DNA of 60,000 bases from NCBI RefSeq assembly GCF_963921235.1, contig NC_086097.1, positions 93,684,001 to 93,744,000 on the forward strand, in the 5' to 3' direction. The notes beneath the pieces were generated by a model. It saw only the letters and a program-made list of their open reading frames with translations, was not told where the DNA came from and ran no database searches. The stretch comes from Mobula hypostoma. Lineage: Eukaryota. The translations under genes were made by a program, and so were the position numbers. Of the stretch, positions 26,431 through 39,490 are shown piece after piece. Positions within the stretch are counted from its first letter, which is position 1; each line of letters starts with the position of its first letter.

Positions 26431-27756
26431 AAACTCTAGACTGGGAATACAGATCCATAATTCCATGAAAGTGGTGTCACAAGTAGGTGGGGTCATAAAG
26501 AAAACTTGTGGCACATTGGCCTTCATAAATCAAAGTACTGTGTGCTGAAGCTGGGATGTTATGTTGAAGTTGTGTATGACGTTGCTGAGGCCTAATTTGG
26601 AATATTGTATGCAGTTCTGGTCACCCACCTACAGGAAAGATATCAATGAGATTGAAAGAGTACAGAGAAAATTTATGGTAAACGATCACCGTGAACAATG
26701 TAGAACCAGGCAGAAGCAAGGAAGAGTCAAGGGTTGAAGCGAGAAGGTGCAAGACCAAGTCGAGGTGAGCTCGAGCGGAGGCTAGCCAAAGACAGGGCAA
26801 GCAGAGTTGAGGAAAGGTTGAGGCCTATCCACCTAAATTGAGAGTGAGGGAAGTGCCGAAATTTGATCGATCTAAGCACCAGGCCAGTTTGGCGGGGTCC
26901 AGGCCCAGAGTGTATTGAAACAACAGGACCCGGGTCCTGGAGCAAAGAATGACCTGATGTTTGGATGATTTAAACGCTGGGCCAGATTGAAAAGGCAGGA
27001 TGTCAGGACCGGAGGCGATGGTCAGGCAGGTTTTGCTCGAGGCTCTGCAACATTTACTAGACTCTGTGCCGAACTGAGGCTGAAGCTGTGGCTGTGGCCT
27101 GCTCTGCATGCTTTGGGCCTCATGCCTCACTTCAGTTCTGAATGCTATTTGCTTATTTTTACTGTTTGTGGGATTTGTTTTTTTTTCTCTCTGCACATTG
27201 GGTGTTTGATGGTCTTTTTTTAATGGGTGATTTTGTGTTTCTTTGTTTTGTAGCTGCCTGTAAGACTAAATTCAAGGTTAAATAATGTATACAGACTTTG
27301 ATAATAAATGTACTTGGAATTTTGAAGTTTATTGTGCATGAAAATCTCGGAAGATCAGCATTTTTGAGATACTCAAACCACCCTATCTGACACCAACAAT
27401 CATTCTACAGTCAAGGTCACTTTCTTCCCCATTCTGATGTTTGGACTGAACAACTACTGATCCTGTTCACCATGTCTGCATGCTTTTATGCATTGACTTG
27501 CTGCCACATGATTAGCTGATTAGATATTTACATAAATGAGCAGACGTACAGATGTACCTAATAAAGTGGCCACTGAGTGTACTTGCAATAGGGGTAATAA
27601 AACATCTGTTCACTGGATTACTATGCTGGGATGTACGGTTTGCTACATGATGAGAGACTGAGCAGACTATGCTGTCTTGAGTTTTGAAGAATTAGAGCTG
27701 ATCGCATTGAAGCATACAAAATTCTGGAGTGGTTATATCAGGTTGCTGAACTGATG

Positions 27757-30700
27757 CTACCCTGACTGGGGTATAGGGAGAATGCGATTTCACCCTGACT
27801 GGGGTATAGGGGGAAATGAGATTTCACCCTAACAGGGGTATAGGGGGAATGAGATTTCACCCTGACTGGGGTACAGGGGGAATGAGATTTCACCCTGACC
27901 GGCGTACAGGGGGAATCAGATTTCACCCTGACCGGGGTATAGGGGGAATGAGATTTCACCCTGACTGGGGAATAGGAGGAATGAGATTTCACCCTGACTG
28001 GGGTATAGGGGGAATGAAAGTTCACCATGACTGTGGTAAAATGGGGAATGAGAGTTCACCCTGACAGGAGTAGAGGGGGAATGAGATTTCACCCTGACTA
28101 GGGTATAACGGGAATGAGAATTCACCCTATCTGGGGTATAAGGGGGAATTAGATTTCACCCTGACTGGGGTGTAGGGAGAATTAGATTTCGCCCTAGCTG
28201 GGGTATAGCGGGAATGAGAATTCACCCTAACTGGGGTATAGGGGGGAATTAGATTTCACCCTGACTGGGGTATGTGGGGAATGAGATTTCACCCTGACAT
28301 GGGTATGGGGGAATGAGATTTCACCCTGACAGTGGTATAGGGAGAATGAAATTTTACCCTGACTGGGATATAGGGGGAATGAGATTTCAACCTGACTGGG
28401 GTATAGGCGGAATGAGAGTTCAACCTGACTGGAGTATACGGGAATGAGATTTCACACTGACCGGGGTATAGGGGGAATGAGATTTTACCCAGACTGGGGT
28501 ACAGGGGCCATGAGATTTCACCGTGACGGGTATAGGGGGAATGTGATTTCACCCTGACTGGGGTATAGGCGGAATGCGATTTCGCCCTGACCGGGGTATA
28601 GGGGAATGCGATTTCACCCTGACTGGGGTACAGGGGGAATGGGATTTCACCCTGACCGGGGTATAGGGGTAATGAGATTTCACCCTGACTGGGGTACAGG
28701 GGGATTCAGATTTCACCCTGACCGGGGTATAGGGGGAATGAGATTTCACCCTGACTGGGGTATAGGGGGAATGAGAGTTCAACCTGACTGGAGTATACGG
28801 GAATGAGATTTCACACTGACCGGGGTATAGGGGGAATGAGATTTCACCCAGACTGGGGTACAGGGGCCATGAGATTTCACCGTGACGGGTATAGGGGGAA
28901 TGCGATTTCACCCTGACTGGGGTATAGGGGGAATGCGATTTCACCCTGACTGGGGTACAGGGGGAATGGGATTTCACCCTGACTGGGGTACAGGGGGAAT
29001 GGGATTTCACCCTGACAGTGGTACAGGGCGAATGAGATTTCACCCTGACTGGGGTACAGGGGGAATGGGATTTCACCCTGACTGGGATACAGGGGTAATG
29101 AGATTTCACCCTGACTGGGGTACAGGGGGAATGAGATTTCACTGTGACAGGGGTATAGAGGGAATGAGTTTTCACCCTGACTGGGGTACAGGGGGAATGG
29201 GATTTCACCCTGACTGGGGTACAGGGGGATTCAGATTTCACCCTGACCGGGGTATAGGGGAAATGAGATTTCACCCTGACTGGGGTATAGGGAGAATGAA
29301 AGTTCATCATGACTGTGGTAAAATGGGGAATGAGAGTTCACCCTGACAGGAGTAGAGGGGGAATGAGATTTCACCCTGACTAGTTTATAACGGGAATGAG
29401 AATTCACCCTAACTGGGGTATAGGGGGGAATTAGATTTCACCCTGACTGGGGTATAGGGGGAATGAGATTTCACCCTGCCTGGGGTGTAGGGAGAATGAG
29501 ATTTCACCCTAGCTGGGGTATAGGGGGAATGAGAATTCACCCTAACTGGGGTATAGGGGGGAATTAGATTTCACCCTGACTGGGGTATGTGGGGAATGAG
29601 CTTTCACCCTGACTGGGGTATAGGGGGAAATGATATTCCACCCTGACTGGCGTATAGTGGAATGAGTTTCCACCCTGACTGGGGTACAGGGGGAATGGGA
29701 TTTCACCCTGACTGGGGTACAGGGGTAATGAGATTTCACGCTGACTGGGGTACAGGGGGAATGAGATTTCACCGTGACAGGGGTATAGAGGGAATGAGTT
29801 TTCACCCTGACTGGGGTACAGGGGGAATGGGATTTCACCCTGACCGGGGTATAGGGGAATGCGATTTCACCCTGACTGGGGTACAGGGGGAATGGGATTT
29901 CACCCTGACAGTGGTACAGGGGGAATGAGATTTCACCCTGACTGGGGTACAGGGGGAATGGGATTTCACCCTGACAGTGGTACAGGGGGAATGAGATTTC
30001 ACCCTGACTGGGGTACAGGGGTAATGAGATTTCACCCTGACTGGGCTACAGGGGGAATGAGATTTCACCGTGACAGGGGTATAGAGGGAATGAGTTTTCA
30101 CCCTGACTGGGGTACAGGGGCCATGAGATTTCACCGTGACGGGTATAGGGGGAATGTGATTTCACCCTGACTGGGGTACAGGGGCCATGAGATTTCACCG
30201 TGACGGGTATAGGGGGAATGTGATTTCACCCTGACTGGGGTATAGGGGGAATGCAATTTCACCCTGACTGGGGTACAGGGGGAATGGGATTTCACCCTGA
30301 CCGGGGTATAGGGGTAATGAGATTTCACCCTGACTGGGGTACAGGGGGATTCAGATTTCACCCTGACCGGGGTATAGGGGGAATGAGATTTCACCCTGAC
30401 TGGGGTATAGGGGGAATGAGAGTTCAACCTGACTGGAGTATACGGGAATGAGATTTCACACTGACCGGGGTATAGGGGGAATGAGATTTCACCCAGACTG
30501 GGGTATAGGGGGGAATGACATTTCACCCTGACTGGGGATTGGAGAAATGAGGTTTCACCCTGACTGGGGTATAGGGAGAATGAAAGTTCACCATGACTGT
30601 GGTAAAATGGGGAATGAGAGTTCACCCTGACAGGAGTAGAGGGGGAATGAGATTTCACCCTGACTAGTTTATAACGGGAATGAGAATTCACCCTAACTGG

Positions 30701-33002
30701 GGTATAGGGGGGAATTAGATTTCACCCTGACTGGGGTATAGGGGGAATGAGATTTCACCCTGCCTGGGGTGTAGGGAGAATGAGATTTCACCCTAGCTGG
30801 AGTATAGGGGGAATGAGATTTCACCCTGACTGGGGTATAGGGGGAATGAGATTTCACCCTGACTGGGGTATGTGGGGAATGACATTTCACCCTGACTGGG
30901 GTATAGGGGGAATGAGATTTCACCCTGACTGGGGTATAGGGGGAATGAGATTTCACCCTGACTGGGGTATAGGGGGAATGAGATTTCACCCTGACTGGGG
31001 TATAGGGGGAATGAGATTTCACCCTGACTGGGGTATAGGGGGAATGAGATTTCACCCTGACTGGGGTACAGGGGGAATGGGATTTCACCCTGACAGTGGT
31101 ACAGGGGGAATGAGATTTCACCCTGACTGGGGTACAGGGGGAATGAGATTTCACCCTGACTGGGGTACAGGGGTAATGAGATTTCACCCTGACTGGGGTA
31201 TAGGGGGAATGAGATTTCACCCTGACTGGGGTATAGGAGGAATGAGATTTCACCCTGACTGGGGTATAGGGGGAATAACATTTCACACTGACTGGGGTAT
31301 AGGGTGAATGTTATTTCACCCTGACTCAGGTACAGGGGGAAATGAGATTTCACCCTGACTGGGGTACAGGGGGAATGAGATTTCACCCTGACTGTGGTAT
31401 AGGGGGAATGAGATTTCACCCTGACTGGGGTAAAGGGGGAATGAGGTTTCACCCTGACTGGGGTATAGGAGGAATGAGAGTTCACCCTGACTGGGGTATA
31501 GGGGGAATAACATTCCACCCTGACTGGGGTATAGGGGAAATGTGATTTCACCCTGACTGGGGTATAGGGGGAATAACATTTCACCCTGACTGGGGTATAG
31601 GGGGAATGTTATTTCACCCTGACTCAGGTAGAGGGGGAAATGAGATTTCACCCTGACTGGGGTATAGGGGGAATGAGATTTCATCCTGACTGGGGTATAG
31701 GGGGATTGAGATTTCACCTTGACTGGGGTATGGGGGAGAATGAGATTTCACCCTGACTGGGGTATAGGGGGAATGAGATTCCACCCTGACTGGGGTATAT
31801 GGGAATGAGATTCCACTCTGACTCGGGTATAGGGGGAATGACATTTCACCCTGACTGGGGTGTAGGGGGAATGAGATTTCACCCTGACTGGGGTATAGGG
31901 AATGAGAGTTTATCCTGACTGGGGTATAGAAGGAATGAGATTTCACCCTGACTGGGGTATAGGAGGAATGAGATTTCACCCAGACTGGGGTATAGGGGGG
32001 AATGACATTTTACCCTGACTGGGGTATGGGGAAATGACATTTCACCCTGACTGGGGTATAGGGGGAATGAGAGTTCACCCTGACTGGGGTATAGGGGGAA
32101 TGAGATTTCACCCTCAGACTGGGGTATAGGGGGGAATGACATTTCACCCTGACTGGGGTATGGGGAATTGACATTTCACCCTGACTGGGGTATGGGGAAT
32201 TGACATTTCACCCTGACTGGGGTATAGGGGGAATGAGATTTCACCCTGACTGGGGTATAGGGGGAATGAGGTTTCACCCTGATTGGGGTATAGGGAATGA
32301 GAGTTTATCCTGACTGGGGTATAGAAGGAATGAGATTTTACCCTGACTGGGGTATAGGAGGAATGAGATTTCACCCTGACTGGGGTATAGGGGGAATGAG
32401 AGTTCACCCTGACTGGGGTATAGGGGGAATAACATTTCACCCTGACTAGGGTATAGGGGGAATGTGATTTCACCCTGACTGGGGTATAGGGGGAATGTTA
32501 TTTCACCCTGACTCAGGTACAAGGGGAAATGAGATTTCACTCTGACTGGGATATAGGGGGAATGTGATTTCACCCTGACTGGGGTATAGGTGGAATGAGG
32601 TTTCACCCTGACTAGGGTATAGGGGGAATGAGACATCACCCTGACTGGGGTTTCGGGGGAATGAGAGTTCACCCTGACTGGGGTATAGGGGGAATAACAT
32701 TTCACCCTGACTGGGGTATAGGGGGAATGTGATTTCACCCTGACTGGGGTATAGGGGGAATAACATTTCACCCTGACTGGGGTATAGGGGGAATGTTATT
32801 TCACCCTGACTCAGGTAGAGGGGGAAATGAGATTTCACCCTGACTGGGGTATAGGGGGAATGAGATTTCATCCTGACTGGGGTATAGGGGGATTGAGATT
32901 TCACCTTGACTGGGGTATGGGGGAGAATGAGATTTCACCCTGACTGGGGTATAGGGGGAATGAGGTTTCACCCTGACTAGGGTATAGGGGGAATGAGAGT
33001 TC
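27757..33002. repeat. About 5.2-kb G-rich tandem array of a 33-bp unit (GAGATTTCACCCTGACTGGGGTATAGGGGGAAT), roughly 160 copies
   Basis: Directly visible; gives 11-aa periodic pseudo-ORFs (VRVKSHSPYTP). Both flanks are CR1 3'-end sequence. Confidence 0.98.
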
Positions 33003-34124
33003 AGCAGTTCAGGGCAAAGCTGGGGAAGAATTTCTAAACCCATATGGGCGAGCCTTTGGATTTGTCTTACCAAAAGTGTTTCAGAGGCTTACTTGTTGAG
33101 CATATTGAAAATAGAGGTTGGTAGATTTTTAACTACTCAAGGACAAAAAGGATATGGCCTTAGGACATGGCATGGGAGTAGAAGGTCGGTGGTGAATGGC
33201 AGAGCTGCAAAGAAGGTCTACTGTTGCTTCTGCTGAGTGAACAGTGATGTTAGAATTGATGTCATTTGATGTTCCTCTGGCACATGCGTTTCGTTAAAGA
33301 GACGTTGATTATGGATGGTGGAGTGGTTCTGCCAATAGCCTATCTGGGTTCAATCCTGGATTCTGGTGGAGTTTGCCTTTTCTTCTTGGGAGTTTCGCGG
33401 TGAATTTTCCCCAAGTGTTTTCCTCTCTCATCGTAAAGTTGTGCAGGTGTATAGGTCAGATAGCCGCTGTAAGTGGGTGCTTAATGATTGGCATTGATGT
33501 TGTGGACTGAATGGCCTATTTCCATACTGATGACTCTCTCCAGGAAGCACCCAGAACTAAATTTTTTCAAAAGTCATTGCATCAAAAAACCCATTCTCAG
33601 TCACATAGTACTGATGTAAACATTCCCACCTATCAAATTCCTGGATATACAGTACGCTGGTGTAAATACGGGGAAAGCAGAGTGTCGTCAGAGAGGGAGG
33701 AGTGAATAGAGAGTATGCAGACTCTCCAGAGAGGAATAGATGAATATATGATCTTATCAAGGCACTAGAGTTTGATAAGGATTAACAGGATGCTGGAGAG
33801 CCCAGAATTAATTTTGGCCATTCAGAGTTGAGATGCGAGAATCAGACTAGAAAGTGAAAATGGGTATGATTTTGTCAATTGGCCATATAAACTTGAAGGA
33901 CTGACTGATTGGCCTCCATCTGTTTTTGCTTATTGCGTTATTCTATAAAAGGAAAGGACTTGCATGGATGTAGTGCCTTTCATAGCCTCAGGACTTTGAA
34001 GATTAATCACTTTTGTAATAGTGGAAACAATGTAGAAACAAGTGAATTGTTGTGGGTCCAGGTCCTTGCTCGGGCAGAAGTTAATTCTAGAGATAACCAA
34101 CTTCTCAAAGTACTTCATTGTAGC

Positions 34125-34255
34125 ACTGAAGAAGGGTCTCAGCCCAAAACTTCGACTGTTTATTCATTTCCTTAGATGCTGCCTGACCTGCTGAGCTCCT
34201 CCAGCATTTTATGTGTGTTGCTCTGGATTTCCAGCATCTGCAGAAACTCTTCTGC
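34125..34255 (+). mobile_element. Short Penelope terminal-repeat fragment with degenerate hammerhead
   Basis: ctgaagaagggtctcagcccaaaacttcgactg...gatgctgcctgacctgctgag. Confidence 0.8.
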
Positions 34256-34258
34256 TTA

Positions 34259-35738
34259 CACTGGACAATAAAGGCTTTGCTTCTTGAACACTTTTGGGTA
34301 TATCTCATGGATTTTGGGCTCCTAATCATGGAAATCACTATGAAATTTCCCTATCACGCACTGTTTTGTGAAATCATCTATGTTTGTTATTTCAATTCAT
34401 AATTCAAGTCAGAATAACTGATGCCAAAATTAAGGAAGGCATTTTCATTGGTCCACAAATCAAACAGGTCATCAATGACAGGCAATTCAAAGAACCTCTA
34501 GAGGGTCTAGAGAAAATCACATATGGAAGGCATTCAAGGATTTTGTTGAAAATTTTCTTGGCAACTAGAGCACCAAACTATGTGCAGCAGGTTGACAAAA
34601 TGTTTCAAGCATACAAAACAATGAAGTGCAACATGATACTAAAGATTCATTTTCTGCATTCCCATTTTTTTTTCAGATTATGAGGACACGCAGTCCTCTT
34701 TTATTGTCATTTAGGAATGCATGCATTAGGAAATGATACAATGTTCCTTCAGTATGATATCACAGAAAACAAGACAAACCAAGACTGAAAAACTGACAAA
34801 AACCACATTATTATAACATATAGTTAAAACAGTGCAAAGCAATACCGTAATTTGATAAAGAACAGACCATGGGCACGGTAAAAAAAGTCTCAAAGTCTCT
34901 CGAATGTCCCATCATTTCACGCAGACGGTAGAGGGAAAAAAAACTCTCCCTGCCATGAGCTTCCGGCGCCGCAAACTTGCCAATGCAGCATCCTGGAAAC
35001 ACCCGACCACAGCCGACATTGAGTACGTCCGAAAACTTCGAGCCTCCGACCAGCCCTCCAACACCAAGCACTGAGCACCATCTCTGCCGAGCGCTTCGAC
35101 CCCGGCCCCGGCAACAGGCAAAGCCGAGGATTTGGGGCCTTCCCCTTCAGAGATTCTCGATCGCACAGTATCAGCGACAGCGAAGCAGGCATTTCAGAAG
35201 TTTCTCCAGATGGTCCCCTATGCTTCTCACATCTATCTCCATCAAATCAGGATTGTGCATGGTACCTACTTACAAATACGATATCATTTCGGAGCGGCCG
35301 TGCACACTGCGTCCTCCTCCCCATCTTCTTTTCCCCTCCCCATTTAGACTTCTTCCCTGCAAATCCTGGCACTGTCAGTGATGAGCATGGTGGAAGGTTT
35401 CACCGGGACATTGTGGTCATGGAGAAACAGTGTCAGGGCAACTGGAATCCATCAATGCTGACTGATTATTATTGGACGTTTGAGTGAGAAGCCTCAGACA
35501 CTAAGTACAAATGAAAATCATCAACAAAACATCTTTTAGCTTAGTCGAACTATTGCAAAGCATCAGCACCGTTATGAAATTAAACACATTATATTCAATA
35601 AAAGTTAATTTCTCGTTTCTCCAAATTCCTATGTAATACGAGTAGTCTGAAATTATATTTGGGTTCAGCTTCAAGCGGTCTATCATAAACAAAAGATATT
35701 TCTGAGGAAGCAACATTTTGGAAAAAAAATTGTCTGTG
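34259..35738 (+). mobile_element. Internally deleted Chapaev3-like (CMC) DNA transposon
   Basis: CAC...GTG ends with imperfect TIRs and a TTA duplication (34256-34258, 35739-35741). Transposase C-terminus DAKIKEGIFIGPQI...KIHFLHSH|LDFFPAN.GTVSDEHG.RFH.DI. Family assigned from recalled motif. Confidence 0.72.
34674..35330 (-). mobile_element. (AATCT)-tail non-coding retroposon nested in the Chapaev transposase
   Basis: Homologous to 25760-26430; CCCATTT duplicated at 34661-34667 and 35339-35345; removal restores HSHLDFFP. Confidence 0.82.
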
Positions 35739-36390
35739 TTATCATTACGATCTGCTGAGTGTAGCATTTTTTGTTTTAATTCGGGGTATAATCTTGCTTC
35801 TCATTTATAGCAAGAGTAAAATGAGGAATATAGCCCTTAGGGACTGCAGGAAAAACACATTTTTCCTTACGGTAATTAATTTTGTCTGTGCAGTTAACAG
35901 ACCAGAATCACACCAGTGATCAACCGAGTCACACCTGCCTTCTGTGTCTGCTGGGTGCAAAATGAAACTTTTTTTCTACCTGGGCATAAATCACCCCTTC
36001 TTCCTCATGTGCAGAGCACTGGAGCCAGAACTTGTTGGGTGTAAAATAAAGAAAGGCAGTGGACTGGTTGAACTGGTTCGGCTCATTATGGAAGCAGAGC
36101 AGAAGCACCTTGTCCAGCAACTGTGGCATGTCAGACATCCTTGCAGGACACCTGCTAGCTCAAGATTTGTGAAACCGCAATGCATTACTGAAGAGAGGGG
36201 GAAGGGTAAAGCCGTGATCCCATGTGTCTGGTAGGATTCCCAACCCTTCTGGGTAACAATGGGGACTGCTATAAGCAAGTTATATAGTACAATCATATCA
36301 GCACTATCAGTTAGAAGTTTTCTTCTGTTTCTTAGTTGTAATGTGTGTAGGAATTGGGGTGTGCTACTGACTGATGAATCAGAATTTATA

Positions 36391-36967
36391 CTTGGTCCCC
36401 ACTTTATTAGGTACACCTAATTGTTAATGGGAATATCTAATCAGCCAATCATGTGGCAGTAGCTATACATAAAAGCATGCAGACATGGTCAAGAGGCCCA
36501 GTCGTTGTTCAGTCCAAACATCAGAACGGGGGATGAGATGTGATCTAAGTGACTTTGACCGTGGAGTCATTGTTGGTGCCAGATGGGGTGGTTTGAGTAT
36601 CTCAGAAATCTCCTGGGATTTTCATGCACGACTGTCTCTAGAGCAGGGACCCCTACCATTAACTGGGGACCCCTGGTGGAGAATTTACAGAGTGGTGTGA
36701 AAAACAAAACAAAATCAGTGAGCAGCTGTTCTGTGGGCAAAAACGCCTTGTTAATGAGAGAAGTCAGAGGAGAATGACCAGGCTGGTTCAAGCTTGACAG
36801 GAAGAAAACAGTATATCAAATAACCAGACATTACAACATTGATGTGCAGAAGAGCATCTCGGAACGCTCAACATATCAAACCTTGAAGCGGATGGGCTAC
36901 GGCAGCGGAAGACCACAAACATACACTCATTAACCACTTTAATAGCTGTCTGATAAAGTGGCCACTG
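36391..36967 (+). mobile_element. Non-autonomous Tc1-like element with N-terminal transposase remnant
   Basis: Ends ccactttattagg / tgataaagtggccactg-TA; remnant DLSDFDRGVIVGAR..GLSISE...TLKRMGYGSGRP. Contains a 32-bp hAT-like palindrome at 36644-36675. Confidence 0.8.
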
Positions 36968-37104
36968 TATGTATATATCAACAGGGATCTGTCCAACTGT
37001 TGAGGATTAGTGAGACAAATGCTGGAAGAACTCAGCCAGTCAAACAGCATCTGTAGAAAGATAAGCTAGTCAATGTTTTGGGCCAGTGACCTCTGCTCAG
37101 AACC

Positions 37105-38078
37105 ATGTGATTTAATAAAATTTAGGTTTAAATAAAATTTCAAGCCATTGTGCCCAAGAGGAAACCGGATTGTCACGAGTCATCCTAATGCAGGTGCCAT
37201 GGTCCGGCGTATTTTGCACACTTGGTGATGTCATCAATGTGTTTGGCAGAAATTGGTCACTGAGTGGGACAAATTCTATCAAGCACTTTGACTCTGTACG
37301 ACACTGGGAATACAGTGTACTGACGCGGACTTTTACAATGCACATGTAGTCTCAAGTGCGTCAATCAAAATTTAGACCAATTCTGTGCCAGTTAGTTGAA
37401 GTGAGTAAAGCTTACACCCCACCGTATAGAACTCACCATCTTGAATTTGATTTATGAGATGTGTTGAGTTACACAGCCCAGCAGATTCTAGTTCTGCCAT
37501 GAGCACAGGCTGGAAGACTGGAGTAGGGAGATCAGTAATGGTTGTCTCCCAGTCCCCAGCCCCCAGCCCCCAGCCCAATTTCATAGTGCACAAAGTCAGT
37601 GGATGAAAGCAGCGGCTGACACCACGAGGAATGGCGATGAATGGGGCAGGTACTCTTAGGCTGAACTGCAGAAAGGAAGAATACTTCTTCCCCACGATAT
37701 GGACATACCCACATGCCACAGTGGCACAGCCAGTAGAGTTAGTGTCCCATAGCTCCACTGACCTGGGTTCAATTCTGATCCCAGAGGCTGTGGTCAGGAT
37801 TGAACCCACAGTGCTGTCTGTCTGCAAAGGACCAGGCCGTGCAGCCATCGTGGGGCAGTCAGTGAAATTAAAACCATTAACATTACACCTGATTTCCAGC
37901 TGATTTACTCCGTGTTTCACAACCAGTGTTGAAGGTCGTGACATTTGATCCAATCTCTGCCAGTGTGCAGAATACACCCAGCAATGGCACCTGGATTAGG
38001 GTGATTCACGGCAGTCCGGTTTCCCTTCGGGCGTGATAGCTTGAATTTTTATTTAAACCTAAGTTTTATTAATCACAT
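37105..38078. repeat. About 975-bp region bounded by about 125-bp imperfect inverted repeats (37105-37232 and 37960-38078)
   Basis: Left arm atgtgatttaataaaatttaggtttaaataaaatttcaagcc...gtattttgcacact aligns with the reverse complement of the right arm. Confidence 0.85.
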
Positions 38079-38476
38079 ACGTCTTATGGGATAGGCTGCC
38101 CAAATTGAGCTTCCCACTAATTAAGCCTTTTTAAAAAATTTAGAGCAGATTAATTCTCAGAAATTGAGGTTTTATCTGTGATGAAAAGTGGCAGTGACAG
38201 ACTGATGATAAAAACAGTGGGACTACAATGCAAAGTAATATATTAAATAGTGGGGAGCAAGAATTAATAACCACCAATATTGGCAGCAATACCTCACATT
38301 CATTTTGTTTAGAGACAATCCATTCAGAAATTCAGTAACGTTGGAGTGAAGACTTCAGTTGTATTGAGTCTATTAATATTAATATTAAATACATTGGTAA
38401 GAGATCACTGGAGACTAATGATACCTTGAATCTTTAATAGTAGTGACTTTAAGACTCTTGATTTTGTGATTACTTA

Positions 38477-38497
38477 CAGAACTGTGCAAAAGTCTTA

Positions 38498-38534
<37 letters not shown>

Positions 38535-38990
38535 ACCCCAGGGTGCCTAACACTTCTGCACAGTCCTGTATTGGTCTATGTGGAGCAAAGAGCAAGTTTG
38601 TAAGTCTGGCAGGAGCAAAGGATGTTGGGAATGGCGAGGGTTGAGCACCACAGGAGCGGTGTGGGACAGGTGGCAGAGAAGGTTTGTCAGGGACAGGGGG
38701 TGGTTGTAACGTGGCTGCAGACACATCCAGCCTTGAGACACCAGGCAAGGTCATTTGATTCTAAACATTTGGTTTATTGATCATTACAGAAATCACGACC
38801 CCCATCCCACTGTCAGTCCACACAGAGACCTGTGTCAGAATCAGGTTTATCATCACTCACATAAGTAATGAGATTTATGTTTTTTTGTGTGGCAGCAGTA
38901 CAGTGCAATGCATAAAGTTACTACAGTACTGTGCAGAACTGTTAGGCACCCTAGCTGTATATATGCACCTAAGACTTTTGCACAGTACTG
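38477..38990. mobile_element. Tc1/mariner-type MITE with four TIR copies and an internal (CA)n
   Basis: TA-CAGAACTGTGCAAAAGTCTTAG ... CTAAGACTTTTGCACAGTACTG-TA; inner inverted copies at about 38545-38568 and 38923-38950. Confidence 0.8.
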
Positions 38991-39149
38991 TATATTAGGC
39001 ATCAATACATTAAACTGTAATGTTAGTAATCAAGATAGGATTTCAACAGCATTAGATACCAATGACATTAAGACCAATTCTATTCATCACTAATCATTTT
39101 AAGTCGACTAATTTATTGGGTTGTAGACATCATCAGCAAGGAATCTCTC

Positions 39150-39490
39150 AATGTTGTCCTCTCCTCTCCTATCAGATTCCACCTCCATCATCCCTCTGCC
39201 GCTTCTACCTATCATCTGCCAACTCCTGACGTCATTCATATACTCCCTCCCTCCCTCCGTCCCTCCATCACCCGCCTGTCACCCTCCTCATATGGACCAT
39301 CCTCCAGCTTTTACTGCACCCCTTCCCTCCACCTTTACATTCTGGTTATCTCCCCTCTTTCCAGTCCTGATGAAGGGTCTCTGGCCGAACTGTTGACTGT
39401 CCATTTCCCTCCACAGATGCTGCCTGACTTGCTGAGTTTCTGCAGCATTTTGGGTGTTGCTCCAGATTCCATTGTCTGCAGTCTCTTGTG
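39150..39490 (+). mobile_element. Penelope-like 3' UTR/terminal repeat
   Basis: ccagtcctgatgaagggtctctggccgaactgttgactg plus the conserved downstream repeat. Confidence 0.78.

Larger units (their letters stand above)
23900..27580 (-). mobile_element. Non-autonomous Tc1-like element fragmented by nested insertions
   Basis: Transposase remnant GQRRTVRLVQTDRKATVTQ (25515-25760) resumes at 27330; terminus cctaataaagtggccactgagtg-TA at about 27557-27581. Same family as 36391-36967. Confidence 0.75.

Noticed and set aside
27738..33073. Many 100-260 aa repetitive ORFs (VRVKSHSPYTP, MRFHPDWGIGG, GEISFPLYPSQ)
   Set aside because: By-product of a 33-bp (3n) tandem unit; frequent indels, ORFs on both strands and no splice context.
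37372..37977. 201-aa minus-strand ORF inside the inverted repeat as a possible transposase
   Set aside because: No recognisable domain, and it runs through a SINE fragment.
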